The notes under the pieces were generated by a model. It did no database searches. It had not been told where the DNA came from and worked only from the letters and a program-made list of their open reading frames with translations. A DNA stretch of 64,000 nucleotides from a virus: positions 1 through 64,000 of IMG/VR virus record IMGVR_UViG_3300034196_000019; one strand, 5' to 3'. Below, piece after piece: positions 41,671 through 52,769 of the stretch (its first letter is position 1; the number at the start of each line of letters is the position of its first letter). A program made the translations under genes and the position numbers.

Positions 41671-42239
41671 TTAGCTTTCTCCTGTACCAATACACGGTTA
41701 GCAAAGAATACAAGTTTCTCTGCATCATAAACACTATTGTTGCCTTTCTTCTTTAATCCTTTACGATCAGCAGCAATACGCCAAACTGCTTTAAGGAGAT
41801 TACCCTCCGCAAAGGTAAGACCTAGGGCTTCAATGATATCGTTAGCCTCAGCGGAGTATGGGGTTTCTTGTGTAGTGGGATTATCCACCTTTACTTTGTA
41901 ATAATCAACTGAGCTGCCTGTATATTCCTCTTTAGGTTCTTCTGACAAATCACCAAACACAAGATTACCAGTTTCAGGATTACGTGTGCAAGGGGAGATT
42001 ACTTCTTTTGTGTCTCGGTATGCAGGAGAAATTGGTCGTAGATTTTTACTCGCCCAAGGCCAATTAGTATTCAATGTACGACAAACCGCACCTCTTGTAC
42101 TGATCCAGTATCCATTGTCTTCATCAGCCAGGAGCTTCTCAACCACAGGAAGGATGGTTCCTTTCTTAATTGGTTGATATGTATCATCATAAGCATCATT
42201 TATTACTTGTACATAATCCCCAACTTTAAAATATGTCAA
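41667..42239 (-). CDS. DUF3310-like protein
   Basis: DIIEALGLTFAEGNLLKAVWR...YDAEK. Confidence 0.6.
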   Translation of the reverse strand: MTYFKVGDYVQVINDAYDDTYQPIKKGTILPVVEKLLADEDNGYWISTRGAVCRTLNTNWPWASKNLRPISPAYRDTKEVISPCTRNPETGNLVFGDLSEEPKEEYTGSSVDYYKVKVDNPTTQETPYSAEANDIIEALGLTFAEGNLLKAVWRIAADRKGLKKKGNNSVYDAEKLVFFANRVLVQEKAK

Positions 42240-42805
42240 TTTACTTTCTCCTTTTGTTTGTTCAAATATTTATCACAAAACTCTTCAGTATTAATGCTAT
42301 CCCAATCTTGAATCACAGAGCTTACAGGGATATCAATCGTTTGTCTATAAGATGTATTGAAAAGAATCCTCTTCTCTGGATCAAACCCTTCAAGATTTTC
42401 TAAGCGATCATCAATAATAGCAACTAATGAATCATTCATCAACCATTTCTCTTTAGTCGCCATGTATCCAGCCATAAATGGGAAATGCTGCTTTAACCAA
42501 TAATACTTAGACTTCCCATGTGTACCTTTGCCAACAGAGATAAATACAATATCAAAGAATTGGCTTAGCTCTTTGAGCTTGTCCACAGAGCCGGCTAGGG
42601 GCTCAAATTGTCTGTAGTCCAGAGTACGCCAATATTCAAAAGGCTCGGGGTGGTCGAAGTATGTAGATAGGTTATATTCAATTCCATCCTCTAGGTATTT
42701 ACCTTTAATCCTTTTAGAATTAGCAAATAGCCATTCCAACCAACCCTCATCACTTGGACACACTGTTAAATCAACATCTATGCCCAAGAGTGGTTTATGT
42801 TTCAT
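42236..42805 (-). CDS. HAD-family 5'(3')-deoxyribonucleotidase
   Basis: DVDLT, K..WL..HFP, IIDD. Confidence 0.8.
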   Translation of the reverse strand: MKHKPLLGIDVDLTVCPSDEGWLEWLFANSKRIKGKYLEDGIEYNLSTYFDHPEPFEYWRTLDYRQFEPLAGSVDKLKELSQFFDIVFISVGKGTHGKSKYYWLKQHFPFMAGYMATKEKWLMNDSLVAIIDDRLENLEGFDPEKRILFNTSYRQTIDIPVSSVIQDWDSINTEEFCDKYLNKQKEKVN

Positions 42806-42816
42806 ACTAGGGCTTC

Positions 42817-43779
42817 CTATTTCTTACGGCCTACCCAACGACCATCTTTAATCACCATTGGCTCCAACACCGGCTGGCTGTCAATAATAAGACCAGTACC
42901 AATAATTGGCCGGCGAAGGTTGCAGTTATTGTAACTAAAAGCATAAGCCTCATCATCAATCAAGCAACCACATTGCAGACCAAAGTAGAGCCCACTGGAA
43001 TTGCCCCAGTAGTCAATCTTGAACTTTTCATGAAAATGCCCAGCCACTGCTGAGGACCCAGAAATCTGACTAGTCTTAATTACATCATTACTCCGACCAT
43101 GATGCACATTACAGAGCGTACCATTTGGAAGCTTAATATTTAGCTCGTAGCTCCACTTCCAACCCTGGGAAACATTCAACATTTCATTGTAGCTTTTGAT
43201 GTAATGTCGAGGAATACCATTTGTTTTAGCTTTACGCCAGATCAGGCTACCATGGTTTGATTCGATAATATCCATAACTGGGAACATGTTATGAAGTTGT
43301 TTAATCACTGGCAATGCTTGACGAATCTCATCCCCCGCAGATGGCAAATCGGCATCATGATCATGGAAACTCAAGGCGTGGCCGTCAACCTCATCACCCA
43401 AACAGATAACTCGTGTTGGGTTGTACTTTTCTTTAAGGTGTTGCAGGAATTCTAGAGCATCTTGGTGGTGATACGGAATATGCAGATCACTGATAAACAG
43501 AATACGAGAGTTATCTTCTCCTGCGTCCTTACGACGAATTGAATGCTGGGCAACCTCTGATTTAGTAAGTGCAGCTTTAGGCTTATTTACTTCAAAGCTG
43601 CAACTAATAGGATTAAAGTCAAGATTACCAGCATTGATCTTTGCAATAACATCATTCACCGAGCTTTTACCTTTATCAAGACGAGCTGCAATTTGACGGC
43701 TGCTGTAGCCTAGACGATGCAAATCAAACGCTTCACGATGCCACTCTTTCAGAACAAACACACACTTATTATCAGTCAT
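42817..43779 (-). CDS. Metallophosphoesterase with N-terminal HTH
   Basis: SDLH, GDEVD, SNH, HHG, GHFH; SSRQIAARLDKGKSSV. Confidence 0.85.
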   Translation of the reverse strand: MTDNKCVFVLKEWHREAFDLHRLGYSSRQIAARLDKGKSSVNDVIAKINAGNLDFNPISCSFEVNKPKAALTKSEVAQHSIRRKDAGEDNSRILFISDLHIPYHHQDALEFLQHLKEKYNPTRVICLGDEVDGHALSFHDHDADLPSAGDEIRQALPVIKQLHNMFPVMDIIESNHGSLIWRKAKTNGIPRHYIKSYNEMLNVSQGWKWSYELNIKLPNGTLCNVHHGRSNDVIKTSQISGSSAVAGHFHEKFKIDYWGNSSGLYFGLQCGCLIDDEAYAFSYNNCNLRRPIIGTGLIIDSQPVLEPMVIKDGRWVGRKK

Positions 43780-44621
43780 ACGCTCTCATTCTCCCCTTTA
43801 AATTTATTGATAATACCTACAACTTTCTCTTGAAGCCTCTCGTCTTCACTATAGGAATATTCAGAAGTACTTACCATTACACCAGAAGAGCCATCACTAA
43901 GAGGTAAGATATTCCAGATATACGAAGAGTCTGCATAGTAGCGACTTAGCTCATTGCAAACTGCTTCCTCAATCTCTTCCTCCTTATCTACTGAGATAAG
44001 ATGGTAAACACTTTCAGTCTCAAACCAGATAGCTACACTCACAATTTCTCTCCTTTCAATTCTGACTTTAGTCGGAGTACAAGCTCCACAAGCTCTTCAT
44101 TCATAGCAAGAACAGCGTCCAATGTACGTTGCTTCTGGAATACACTTTCTTTATGGAAGCCATCAGAGATAATAGCATTCTTTTCTTTCCAAGAGGATAG
44201 CTCATCTGTGTAATGATTATCTGACATTGCGCTTGGAATGTTTTGTTTGCTGAACATTTGGATTACGTTAGATGAAGTCATTATTAATAATCTCACACTC
44301 TTCCTCGGTTAGTACAGTAATCTTACCTATATCATTAATTACACCGAATAGGTGTTGATATCGAGGCAAAGGATTATGGACAATATAAGTTACGCCTGGC
44401 GTCAGATGATTACGTCCTTCTGGTCCAATATATTTAACTTTCATCTCTATCCTCTCTGCATCAATATATTCATAATGAGCCAATAGTCTCTCACACATAT
44501 TATCATCTAAGATGGCGATGTGGTTAGCTCCGTATTTACCAAGTACAAAATATTCCTTCCCTTGCTGGATGTCAACAAGGGAGATTAAAGAAATAATTGT
44601 ACTAGCTATTTCAGCTTTCAT
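43776..44621 (-). other. Three small hypothetical genes (43776-44042, 44039-44281, 44268-44621)
   Basis: Overlapping co-directional ORFs. Confidence 0.6.
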
Positions 44622-44739
44622 TTAAACTAAATGATCCACTGGAATACGAGGCATGTTTGGACGAATAAGGCTGCTGTTCCGCTCCAATAAGGATCAAAGA
44701 GAGTGATGTAATGTTGTGTTGGACTATATAGACGGTTCA

Positions 44740-45282
44740 TTATTTCTCCTGTTTGATTAGAATATCCACCACTTGTTTCCTACGAGCTTTTGTATTCTTC
44801 TCAGGGATTATAGCTCGTTCTTGCAGGAATGCAAGGATTGTTTTGTCCTTTTCCATTTGGATTGCTTTCTTTGTGGCTACGGCTAGCTCAAAGGATACAC
44901 CTTGCTTGTCATGATATGCAAGCGCAGAGTTACACCCTTTACACACGAGCCTCAAATCGTCCTCAGTGACGTACAGAAGACGTTCCACAAACCCCTGGAT
45001 ATCAGAGGTCTTCTGTAGAGAGCCAGCAGGAACAATGTGGTCTACTTGAGCCTCTTTGATTGTGTATTCCTTGTGGCACAGGCAACACTCAAACCCCCAT
45101 ACCGTCTTCTTATAGCCCTTCCCAGGGTTGTCAATTTGCTTACGATTCTTGTTGACTACAGCAATCCTTGTGGGATGTCTAGACCATGCTTTGCGTAAAC
45201 AGCCACGTAAATAGGTGAAGAATGCGGTGGAGTTTTTCCACGGACTGTTAGGACTTTCCCACGGCTCCATTCTCTTAGTCAA
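44740..45282 (-). CDS. HNH endonuclease (core, exonuclease-linked)
   Basis: CCLC, VDHIVP, VCKGCN. Confidence 0.8.
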   Translation of the reverse strand: MTKRMEPWESPNSPWKNSTAFFTYLRGCLRKAWSRHPTRIAVVNKNRKQIDNPGKGYKKTVWGFECCLCHKEYTIKEAQVDHIVPAGSLQKTSDIQGFVERLLYVTEDDLRLVCKGCNSALAYHDKQGVSFELAVATKKAIQMEKDKTILAFLQERAIIPEKNTKARRKQVVDILIKQEK

Positions 45283-46358
45283 TATTGTACTCCTAGCGAT
45301 CTCAAATAATCAGAAACATGCCCAACATCCTTTGTAACGTCTGTACGCATCCTCAACAATCGATACATCTCATTCATGTGGTCAATCCACGAGCGTGTTG
45401 ACACATCTCCACGGAAAGATGTGAACTCCTTTTGTTCATCTCCATACCAACCCTTATACGCCTCAACAACGCGACTAAATATCTCAACCTCTGTATCGGC
45501 ACTATCCAAGAAAGATGCTGATGTCTTGTCTCCAATCCCTGGCTTAGTAGGCTTACGGATACCATACTTTGCAAATAGATCTATGGGAAGCTGTGGGAGG
45601 CCAGGAATAGAATCAATTGTGTCCCCTTTAAGAAACTGTACAGCCAGATTCTTTGTTGCTTCTAGTGGTGTGATAGGGACAACACCTAGCTCTGGTTTAT
45701 CAAAGTTGTAATGGAAGCATGGATACTGGGATAGATCTTTATCAATATAACAAGCTACAGTGTCTAGCTTATCAAAATCTCCACCAGATCGTTCCCAAGA
45801 TTCGTGCATAAGAGAGGTGACAATCTCATCAGTCTCAACACCATCATGAATCACCATCTGGTCTTTGTACTTCCACAGCATGTATTCTTTCACTTCAGCA
45901 TGAAGAATTGGCTTAGTAGGACGATCTTCTTTGTAAGGAGCGATCTGTGCAATATCGTAGCGAAAGTTAGTGCCTGTACCAAAGCAAATCTTGAAGTCTT
46001 TACACCAAGGCTGCTTTGTGATTGCTTCAATCTTATTCTTGAATCTACCTTTAACAACTGTCTCTGGAGATACACCGCCGTCTCCCACAAGTTCTACAAT
46101 GTCCTCTACTTCAAATACGTCTGGTGTAATCAGAGATAATCCCTTAGCTTCGCGTTTGGCATTGAAATCAGCAAGCCAACCTCCGCTCTTGGCTTTCCAA
46201 TGACCCCAGAGTTGAGTGCGGTTATCGAAGGTCATTACTCGTCCTGTGTTCTTCCCTGTCGCCTTGATATGTGTCTTCTGACCAGCTAGTGCGGCGTGGA
46301 AGATTAGGGTATCCACGTCGATGATGGCTGTACGTTTTACATCACTCACTTCGTCCAC
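45279..46358 (-). CDS. 5'-3' exonuclease (T7 gp6/FEN-like)
   Basis: IIDVD, NFR...YK..R, ETDE, DKDL, GDTIDSIPG. Confidence 0.88.
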   Translation of the reverse strand: MDEVSDVKRTAIIDVDTLIFHAALAGQKTHIKATGKNTGRVMTFDNRTQLWGHWKAKSGGWLADFNAKREAKGLSLITPDVFEVEDIVELVGDGGVSPETVVKGRFKNKIEAITKQPWCKDFKICFGTGTNFRYDIAQIAPYKEDRPTKPILHAEVKEYMLWKYKDQMVIHDGVETDEIVTSLMHESWERSGGDFDKLDTVACYIDKDLSQYPCFHYNFDKPELGVVPITPLEATKNLAVQFLKGDTIDSIPGLPQLPIDLFAKYGIRKPTKPGIGDKTSASFLDSADTEVEIFSRVVEAYKGWYGDEQKEFTSFRGDVSTRSWIDHMNEMYRLLRMRTDVTKDVGHVSDYLRSLGVQY

Positions 46359-46602
46359 TCCTCTCCTGTAAGAACAAGCTCAAACTCTACAACTTTAGCG
46401 CTTCTATAATGACCCAAGCGAGCCATAGCATTGGCTTTTCTTGTATAGATACGTGTACCGGTTGAATAGTTAGCTCGTTTATTACCGTCTGCATCTACAA
46501 CAATATAGACAAGATTCTTCTTTTCCATAATATATCTCCTCAAACAAAAATGCCCTCCCTTAAACAGAGAGGGCTACCACAATAATTTACTCTTTAAACG
46601 TC

Positions 46603-46914
46603 TTAGTCATCATAACCGCTAATCTCTTTGAAGTATTCCTCAAACTCTTCTTGCTCCATTCGCTTATCTACCAACTTCTCAAATGAATTGCCAGCATCCA
46701 CTTCTGCTGCTTTCAATGTAGACTTAACAATCTTCTTAGTCAAGCCAAGTTTATTCAACTCTTTATCGTATGTGAATTCATCAGCAAGGGTACGCAAGTC
46801 TTCTTTAAGGACAAGAATCTCATTGTGAAGAATACGACCTCGACGGAAGAGATCTTTAGCTTCCTGTGGTTTTGGTTTATCGAACAGCTCGCCTTGCAAT
46901 ACATTATTAGTCAT
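46603..46914 (-). CDS. Hypothetical protein (possible dsDNA-binding)
   Basis: Helical, charged 103-aa ORF with RBS and downstream terminator. Confidence 0.6.
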   Translation of the reverse strand: MTNNVLQGELFDKPKPQEAKDLFRRGRILHNEILVLKEDLRTLADEFTYDKELNKLGLTKKIVKSTLKAAEVDAGNSFEKLVDKRMEQEEFEEYFKEISGYDD

Positions 46915-47301
46915 TATTGAATCTCCTTAGATATTATTATCTTGTTTAAATTTCTCAACAGCTACCGCAAAGTCTGATTTATCCATTGCAGTTACTTGGA
47001 GAACGACAGAAAGCTCTGGAATAAAAACCGCATCCCAATACATACCACCATCTTCACCGGCTTCCAAAGAATTCTTAGTTTCAATTTGAATCTCTTTCAT
47101 AACTACTCTCCTTTAAAATTAAATACAGGTTTCATTTTCTTAATCTCTTTCATAATACGGATAAACTCATCTGTAGCATTTTCAGCATATAACATACTTT
47201 CTTCGCTAGATACTTGTTTCTCAAGATTATCAGAGTCTTTCACTTGCCAACGATCAAAGATAAGAGAAATATCTTCTCTTGTTAGGCTGTAGGATACAGG
47301 C

Positions 47302-48132
47302 TTAGTCATATAGCTCAATACCAAAGTTAATCTCCCCACGTACATAGTCTTTAGACTGAAAAGCATATACCTGTACTTCGGACGGGATATAGTTTTTGTA
47401 CGAGAACGATGCTGGTCCTGCAATAAATACTTTACCAAGTTTAAGTTTATTAACTGTTTTAGTATCTCCCTCTTTTAACAGAATACCAATCTTTGCAGTG
47501 CTGTGTTTTGCATCAGTTAGCTTACGACTTAGAGTAAACCAACATGCATCACTAATTAACTTAAGACAATGGACTATCTGATCAGGATCTTTGGAATTAC
47601 ATTCATAATGTAAAGGGTAATGCTTTACCTTAGACTTATCATCTGTGTATTCAATATCGAAACGCTCAAGTCGGTACAGGGCTTCAGTTTTATACTCATT
47701 TCCAATCTGACCAATTGTTTCTGTTAGATCAATTATATTAGTCATTCTTCAGAGCCTGGTATGTTGAGAGAAAATACTTTGCACAAGCCTCTCCATAATT
47801 ATCATTCTCATTGTATTCACAAAAGTTATTAGGATTAGCTTCATAACTCTTCAGCCAAGACTCAAAGATAGCTTCAATATCAGATTGTCGCATTTGATAG
47901 TATTGTTCGCTACTACTCATTATTGAATCTCCCCAAAGATTGACCACTCACCATCTCGGAAATCTCCGCGAGGATCACACTGTCGTTCTGTACCAAAGAA
48001 GTCATCTGAAGCTAGACTATCAAGAAGATCCTCAATATCCGCCGCTAGAATCTCTGCAAAATCTTCGTCTTCTTGAATAATGCTTTCAAGACGTGGAAAC
48101 AATTTAAGCAAGTTTGTTTGTACTTCGTTCAT
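47302..48132 (-). other. Small hypothetical genes (47302-47745, 47738-47920, 47920-48132)
   Basis: Coupled ORFs. Confidence 0.6.
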
Positions 48133-48457
48133 ACACTTTTATCTCCACTATATTCAGAAATAACATCCCCAATATTTGGAATCATATCATCCAGATAATC
48201 AAGCAATCCTTCGTAATATTCCACTGTCTTCTGAAGGATTGCGATTCGTTGTTCTGGGGTTTCGTATTTAGGGTTATTCATCTAATTCCATCCATTGATA
48301 TATTTTATCAGTAAGCCACATAGTTGAAAGCATAAACGTGACTATACCTAAAGTATATAACAACAGTATAGATAAAATACAGGCCGCTAAAAGCATCTCT
48401 TCTCTCCTTTAATTATAGGAAGAGCCCTCGACAAGAAGGCTCTTTATTCTTAGGTTA

Positions 48458-49534
48458 TTAGATCATGTGCAAGAACATACGACCTTCTTGCAAACCAATT
48501 GGAGCGAAGGGAATATCTCCAAAGTCATCAAAGTCTGTACCCTGTGGGGTAGGGCTAGGTTCAACTTTACGCGTCTCCTGTGGTGCTGTAGGATGAGGAA
48601 TAGCCTGTTCCGGTTGATGTTCCTGGCTAGAGTTGGAGGCTTTTACACGACCAAGTTCAATCAGCGCTTTCTGTACGTCGCTGCCTTCAAAGTTTGTTGC
48701 CAAGCTCATTGTAGTGATAATACTCTGACGCAGATTCTTCAACACTTCTTTGTCTTGTGGACCTTTGAAGTTAACACCGTAGATGTATTTATCATCCAGA
48801 GTAGGGATCAGCTTTTGCATAGCCTTTGGTACTTGACCGTTCAGCTTAATTTTCTCATTCAGATAATGTTTACCTTGAGACTCTTGGATGAATAATTGAA
48901 CATCAAACAATGCAGCCTTACCCAAAAGGTTCCCGATGTACGCTGGTTTTAGCAAACCTTTATCGTCCAGAACACCACCAGTGGCCTGAGCCAGTTTATA
49001 CAGAACAGTGTTGTTCTTGATAGACCAGTTACCGTCATCTGAGCGAGTTTCTTTCAGATTATAGGGCTTGCCAACTGTCTTACCAATTCCTTTGATGAAA
49101 AATTCACCGTTGAGTAACTGACGCAAAGGATGCTCGACACCAGTATCAGACTCAGCAAAGAACTGATCGTTGTTTACCATAATATCAGGAAAGTCAACAG
49201 TCAGTGCCACTTGTTGGCAAGGCTTCACTACCCATCGCTTGTATCGAGTCGGAATACCCTTGTCATTGTCTAGGGTTGCAAAGTACTGTGCAGAATTCTT
49301 CTTAAGCTCTTCAGCTTCATCCTCTTCCGTACCCTTGAACTCCATTTTGGCATCTTCTTGTTTTTGAAGACCAAGGTCAATTACACCAGAGACAATACCA
49401 ATCAGAGCTTCTGGACCATCCTGAGTGCCAGCCTTCTCTACAAGATACTTACTACGTGCGTCCCAATCAATCTCCTTACGATTCTCGTTGCTTGCAGCTT
49501 GTGGTGCGTTCTCAACATTAAATACGAATGCCAT
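48458..49534 (-). CDS. Putative single-stranded DNA-binding protein
   Basis: VIDLGLQ motif; acidic tail DFDDFGDIPF; own promoter and terminator within the replication module. Confidence 0.6.
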   Translation of the reverse strand: MAFVFNVENAPQAASNENRKEIDWDARSKYLVEKAGTQDGPEALIGIVSGVIDLGLQKQEDAKMEFKGTEEDEAEELKKNSAQYFATLDNDKGIPTRYKRWVVKPCQQVALTVDFPDIMVNNDQFFAESDTGVEHPLRQLLNGEFFIKGIGKTVGKPYNLKETRSDDGNWSIKNNTVLYKLAQATGGVLDDKGLLKPAYIGNLLGKAALFDVQLFIQESQGKHYLNEKIKLNGQVPKAMQKLIPTLDDKYIYGVNFKGPQDKEVLKNLRQSIITTMSLATNFEGSDVQKALIELGRVKASNSSQEHQPEQAIPHPTAPQETRKVEPSPTPQGTDFDDFGDIPFAPIGLQEGRMFLHMI

Positions 49535-49662
49535 CTGTTATTTCCTCTTTTTGCGATTTATATAGTTTGTCATGATTGACGTTTATTGCTTTCAGGGTTG
49601 CAGCTCCTACATTCGCCTAGGCTTATCTATATTTCCTAACAGGAAAGTAGTCTAGGACATAC

Positions 49663-49691
49663 ATTATAGCTCTTTTACATCTTGTGTGCAA
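49663..49691 (-). promoter_or_regulatory. Sigma70 promoter
   Basis: TTGCAC-17-TATAAT. Confidence 0.75.
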
Positions 49692-49699
49692 GGATTATT

Positions 49700-49894
49700 T
49701 TATTTCTTTACCAAGAGAACTGTCCCAACTACAGCAAAAATAGTCAGTACAATTACAATAGGAATCCAAATTGGCGCCGCCACCCATACCCAGCTCCATG
49801 CAATAACACCACAAAGTTTCAACGTCATAAAGATTAGGAACATGATAGCCAAGATTGGGAATTGTACGGTAGTACTTTTAGTTACGTTTGACAT
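49700..49894 (-). CDS. Small membrane protein
   Basis: LKLCGVIAWSWVWVAAPIW motif. Confidence 0.7.
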   Translation of the reverse strand: MSNVTKSTTVQFPILAIMFLIFMTLKLCGVIAWSWVWVAAPIWIPIVIVLTIFAVVGTVLLVKK

Positions 49895-50438
49895 TTTATT
49901 TCTCCTTTAAATACTAATTTAGTCGTCAGATTAAATACTAATCAAATATGCTTGCCGAATCTGTTTGATTGGGTAGCAATAGTTATATTCAGAATTACGT
50001 GTGCTAGCTTTAAATAATCCTTGAGCAATACCAAAGCTCGCCAATGGGTTTAGAAATTCCCGAGGTGAAGCCTTATGCTTGAACTCTATCACTAGTTCAA
50101 AGTTTTGATTATCTGGCACTTCATGGTGGAAGTCTTTAAGGGATAAGTTAATCTTTGGAAATGGTGTTTGTTTAGATTTCATTGTTCAAACATCTCCTTG
50201 GTGAAGCATTCATGGAAAACTTTCTTGTGAATGATCAGATCAGCATAGTCTCTGGTATAAAGATGATACCAGCTAATGTATTCTTTAGCATCTTCCTCGG
50301 ATGCAAAACATTCTTGAATACAATCCCAACCAAGGTCAGGGTTAGTTACAACGTACACATTCATTTCATTCTCCTATTAATATTTCTATGTTCTCGGGAT
50401 GGATTTTAGTCTGTGTTTGAGAGGGTGTCAATGAGTTA

Positions 50439-52760
50439 TTAGTGACACTCAGACCACGTTGAACCGCAAGCCCACTCAAATCCAAGATTCACATTAAGCT
50501 TTAGCAGCCGCTCAGTTTTAGTAATTGAGTCCTTAATGATTTTAGACATCGGACTAAATGCTACAAAGTAATTCTCACCAATATGCCCGACCGTACTGGA
50601 ATCTTTTGTCACTACGGCTTTTGCTTCCTCCTCCGTTTTAAACACTTTAAACGATACAAGACTTTTATGCAAGCTAAATTGTGCCTCATCGTGGTACGCA
50701 ATCATCTGTTGAATTGAGGGTTTGTTGTGAAGATCCCGATCAAAGACATTCCCCCACAAATCTAAACGCTCAAGTTCTTGGTGAATATAGACCAAAGTGT
50801 ATTTAGCAGCAAGACTCCCACAATTCTGGAAGATAGCGTTAATACAACTATGCGCTGATCGTGTGTAAACCTTACGCCCATCAATACCTTGTACAAATTT
50901 CTTCTTATTGTTCTCCCAGTGTAATTGCAAAGCATCCTTTAGCTGCTTAAGAGCAGGTACTGCTGCCCAGTAGTCTTCAAAAAGTTTCTTTGCGCGAGCC
51001 ATTGGGATGCTCATACTTTTTGAAATCTTAGCTGCTTGGGCGCCGTACATTAAGGAATAGCCCAGGGTTTTTGCTGTAGACCGATCGATGCCCATCTTTC
51101 TTGCGTTAACACTGTGAATATCATTAGGTTTCTCCGAGACTAGGGTTTTTGCAAGCTCATCCCCATAGTTATACACAAGGTCTCCAGAAGGTTTCTTTTT
51201 GAGTACAAAGTGAGCATTGCAAAGAGCCTCTAGACTTGAAAAGTCAAACCCCATCTGCACTTGATTTGCTGCACGATCAACCCCAAAAAGACTACGCATT
51301 TCATGCCCGTATAGACTCGTTACCCTAGCAATGTTGCAAACACCCCTGTGAGTGTATCTCCCAGTATTGGTTCCGTTTGTATTTGCAGGAGTTGGGATTC
51401 TACCGTCTGCCCGCATTTGAACTAAAAAGCCACTCGTAGGTTCCCCATCTTCATCCAAGCCCCCAGCAATAGAGTTCTTTCTGTGCTTATAAGTATAGTA
51501 TTCAACAACATCTTTTGCAAAAGGAAATTTATCAGCCATTGCTAGTAGGTTAGGGCAAATTTCTTTCTCTACACCAACGGTCAAGGTTGGGGCGGTTGGC
51601 ACTCGTACTGGTTTTGCGAAGTCTTTAGACAGCAGCCAAGTCTTAAGTTCTGTTTCTTTTACATCAAGCAACTTCAATCGCCAATCTTTAAACGGGCCCG
51701 TAAGCGTTTGTTCTACATATCGATCAACAGTTTTTAGGAAATCATCCTTACTCCTTTTCTTTTTCTTAGCATCTACGGTAAGATCGCGCTCTTTATACTG
51801 ACTCGGATTCCAAAACATAGATAGCAGATACCACTTAATATGTTCGCCGTCATCCACAGTAGCCTTACCTGTGGATACGATTGGTTCTTCACTCAATGGT
51901 AGAGAATAAGTCTTACCATAAAGTTCTACCTGACGGTCGTCTACGGATAGCTTTCCGCCGTGTTTCTCTACCCACTTTTCCATAATTGCGGAGATACCAC
52001 CACACTTCTTAAATTGGATTTTTGGTGGGATATACTGCTTTACCTCTCCCTTATTAAGTGGTTTTTCTGGCAGTACAGGATCTACGTTAGCTGCGATTAA
52101 ACGCATACGTTCTGTTAAGTCTGCTACGCAGTTCTCGGCTAACTCTTTATTGAATTTAAAACCATAAAGCTCCTGGGAGAGCGTAATATCAGCAAGTTTA
52201 TTTTCAAGCGCGTAGGCTTTACTCCAAGTATAACTATTATACTCTTCCATCTCCTTAAAGAATAGAGTTGCATTACTAGAAGTATCCTGAATGCAATATG
52301 TCAACATCTCTTCTGAGTATTTTGAGAAATCATGAAAATCAATTTTCGGATTGCCAAAACGATCACCCCAAGCTCCTAGACTGTGATCGATCACTGTATC
52401 ACTATATAGCAAATAACTTAAGACGAGAGTATCCCAAACAAGCACCGGATTGCCATATAGTGTAGAAGACTCCCCCACATACCCTATAGAGTACTCCAAG
52501 CCCATCCAAAGTTTAAGAACAGGTAGGTCATACATCGAAATATTATGCCCGATGATTTCAGTTACAGTTTCAAGATAAGGTTTAAGTTTAGTTTTAATCT
52601 CGACCTCACCTACAAAAGTAGCAACTTCATCTGTATCAATATCTCGACATACAACACACCAGACCTTGAAGTCGTCTTTTAAGCGATATGGGAGTTTTGA
52701 ATAATCCAAGCCATTTTGTAAAAGATCATTTGCCTCAATATCTAGTACTACCCGTTTCAT
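50439..52760 (-). CDS. polA: DNA polymerase, family A, with 3'-5' exonuclease
   Basis: DIE, GHNISMYD, YCIQD; TNTGR, FDFSSLE, RSTAKTLGYSLMYG, YHDE. Confidence 0.95.
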   Translation of the reverse strand: MKRVVLDIEANDLLQNGLDYSKLPYRLKDDFKVWCVVCRDIDTDEVATFVGEVEIKTKLKPYLETVTEIIGHNISMYDLPVLKLWMGLEYSIGYVGESSTLYGNPVLVWDTLVLSYLLYSDTVIDHSLGAWGDRFGNPKIDFHDFSKYSEEMLTYCIQDTSSNATLFFKEMEEYNSYTWSKAYALENKLADITLSQELYGFKFNKELAENCVADLTERMRLIAANVDPVLPEKPLNKGEVKQYIPPKIQFKKCGGISAIMEKWVEKHGGKLSVDDRQVELYGKTYSLPLSEEPIVSTGKATVDDGEHIKWYLLSMFWNPSQYKERDLTVDAKKKKRSKDDFLKTVDRYVEQTLTGPFKDWRLKLLDVKETELKTWLLSKDFAKPVRVPTAPTLTVGVEKEICPNLLAMADKFPFAKDVVEYYTYKHRKNSIAGGLDEDGEPTSGFLVQMRADGRIPTPANTNGTNTGRYTHRGVCNIARVTSLYGHEMRSLFGVDRAANQVQMGFDFSSLEALCNAHFVLKKKPSGDLVYNYGDELAKTLVSEKPNDIHSVNARKMGIDRSTAKTLGYSLMYGAQAAKISKSMSIPMARAKKLFEDYWAAVPALKQLKDALQLHWENNKKKFVQGIDGRKVYTRSAHSCINAIFQNCGSLAAKYTLVYIHQELERLDLWGNVFDRDLHNKPSIQQMIAYHDEAQFSLHKSLVSFKVFKTEEEAKAVVTKDSSTVGHIGENYFVAFSPMSKIIKDSITKTERLLKLNVNLGFEWACGSTWSECH

Positions 52761-52769
52761 TACCTTCTC

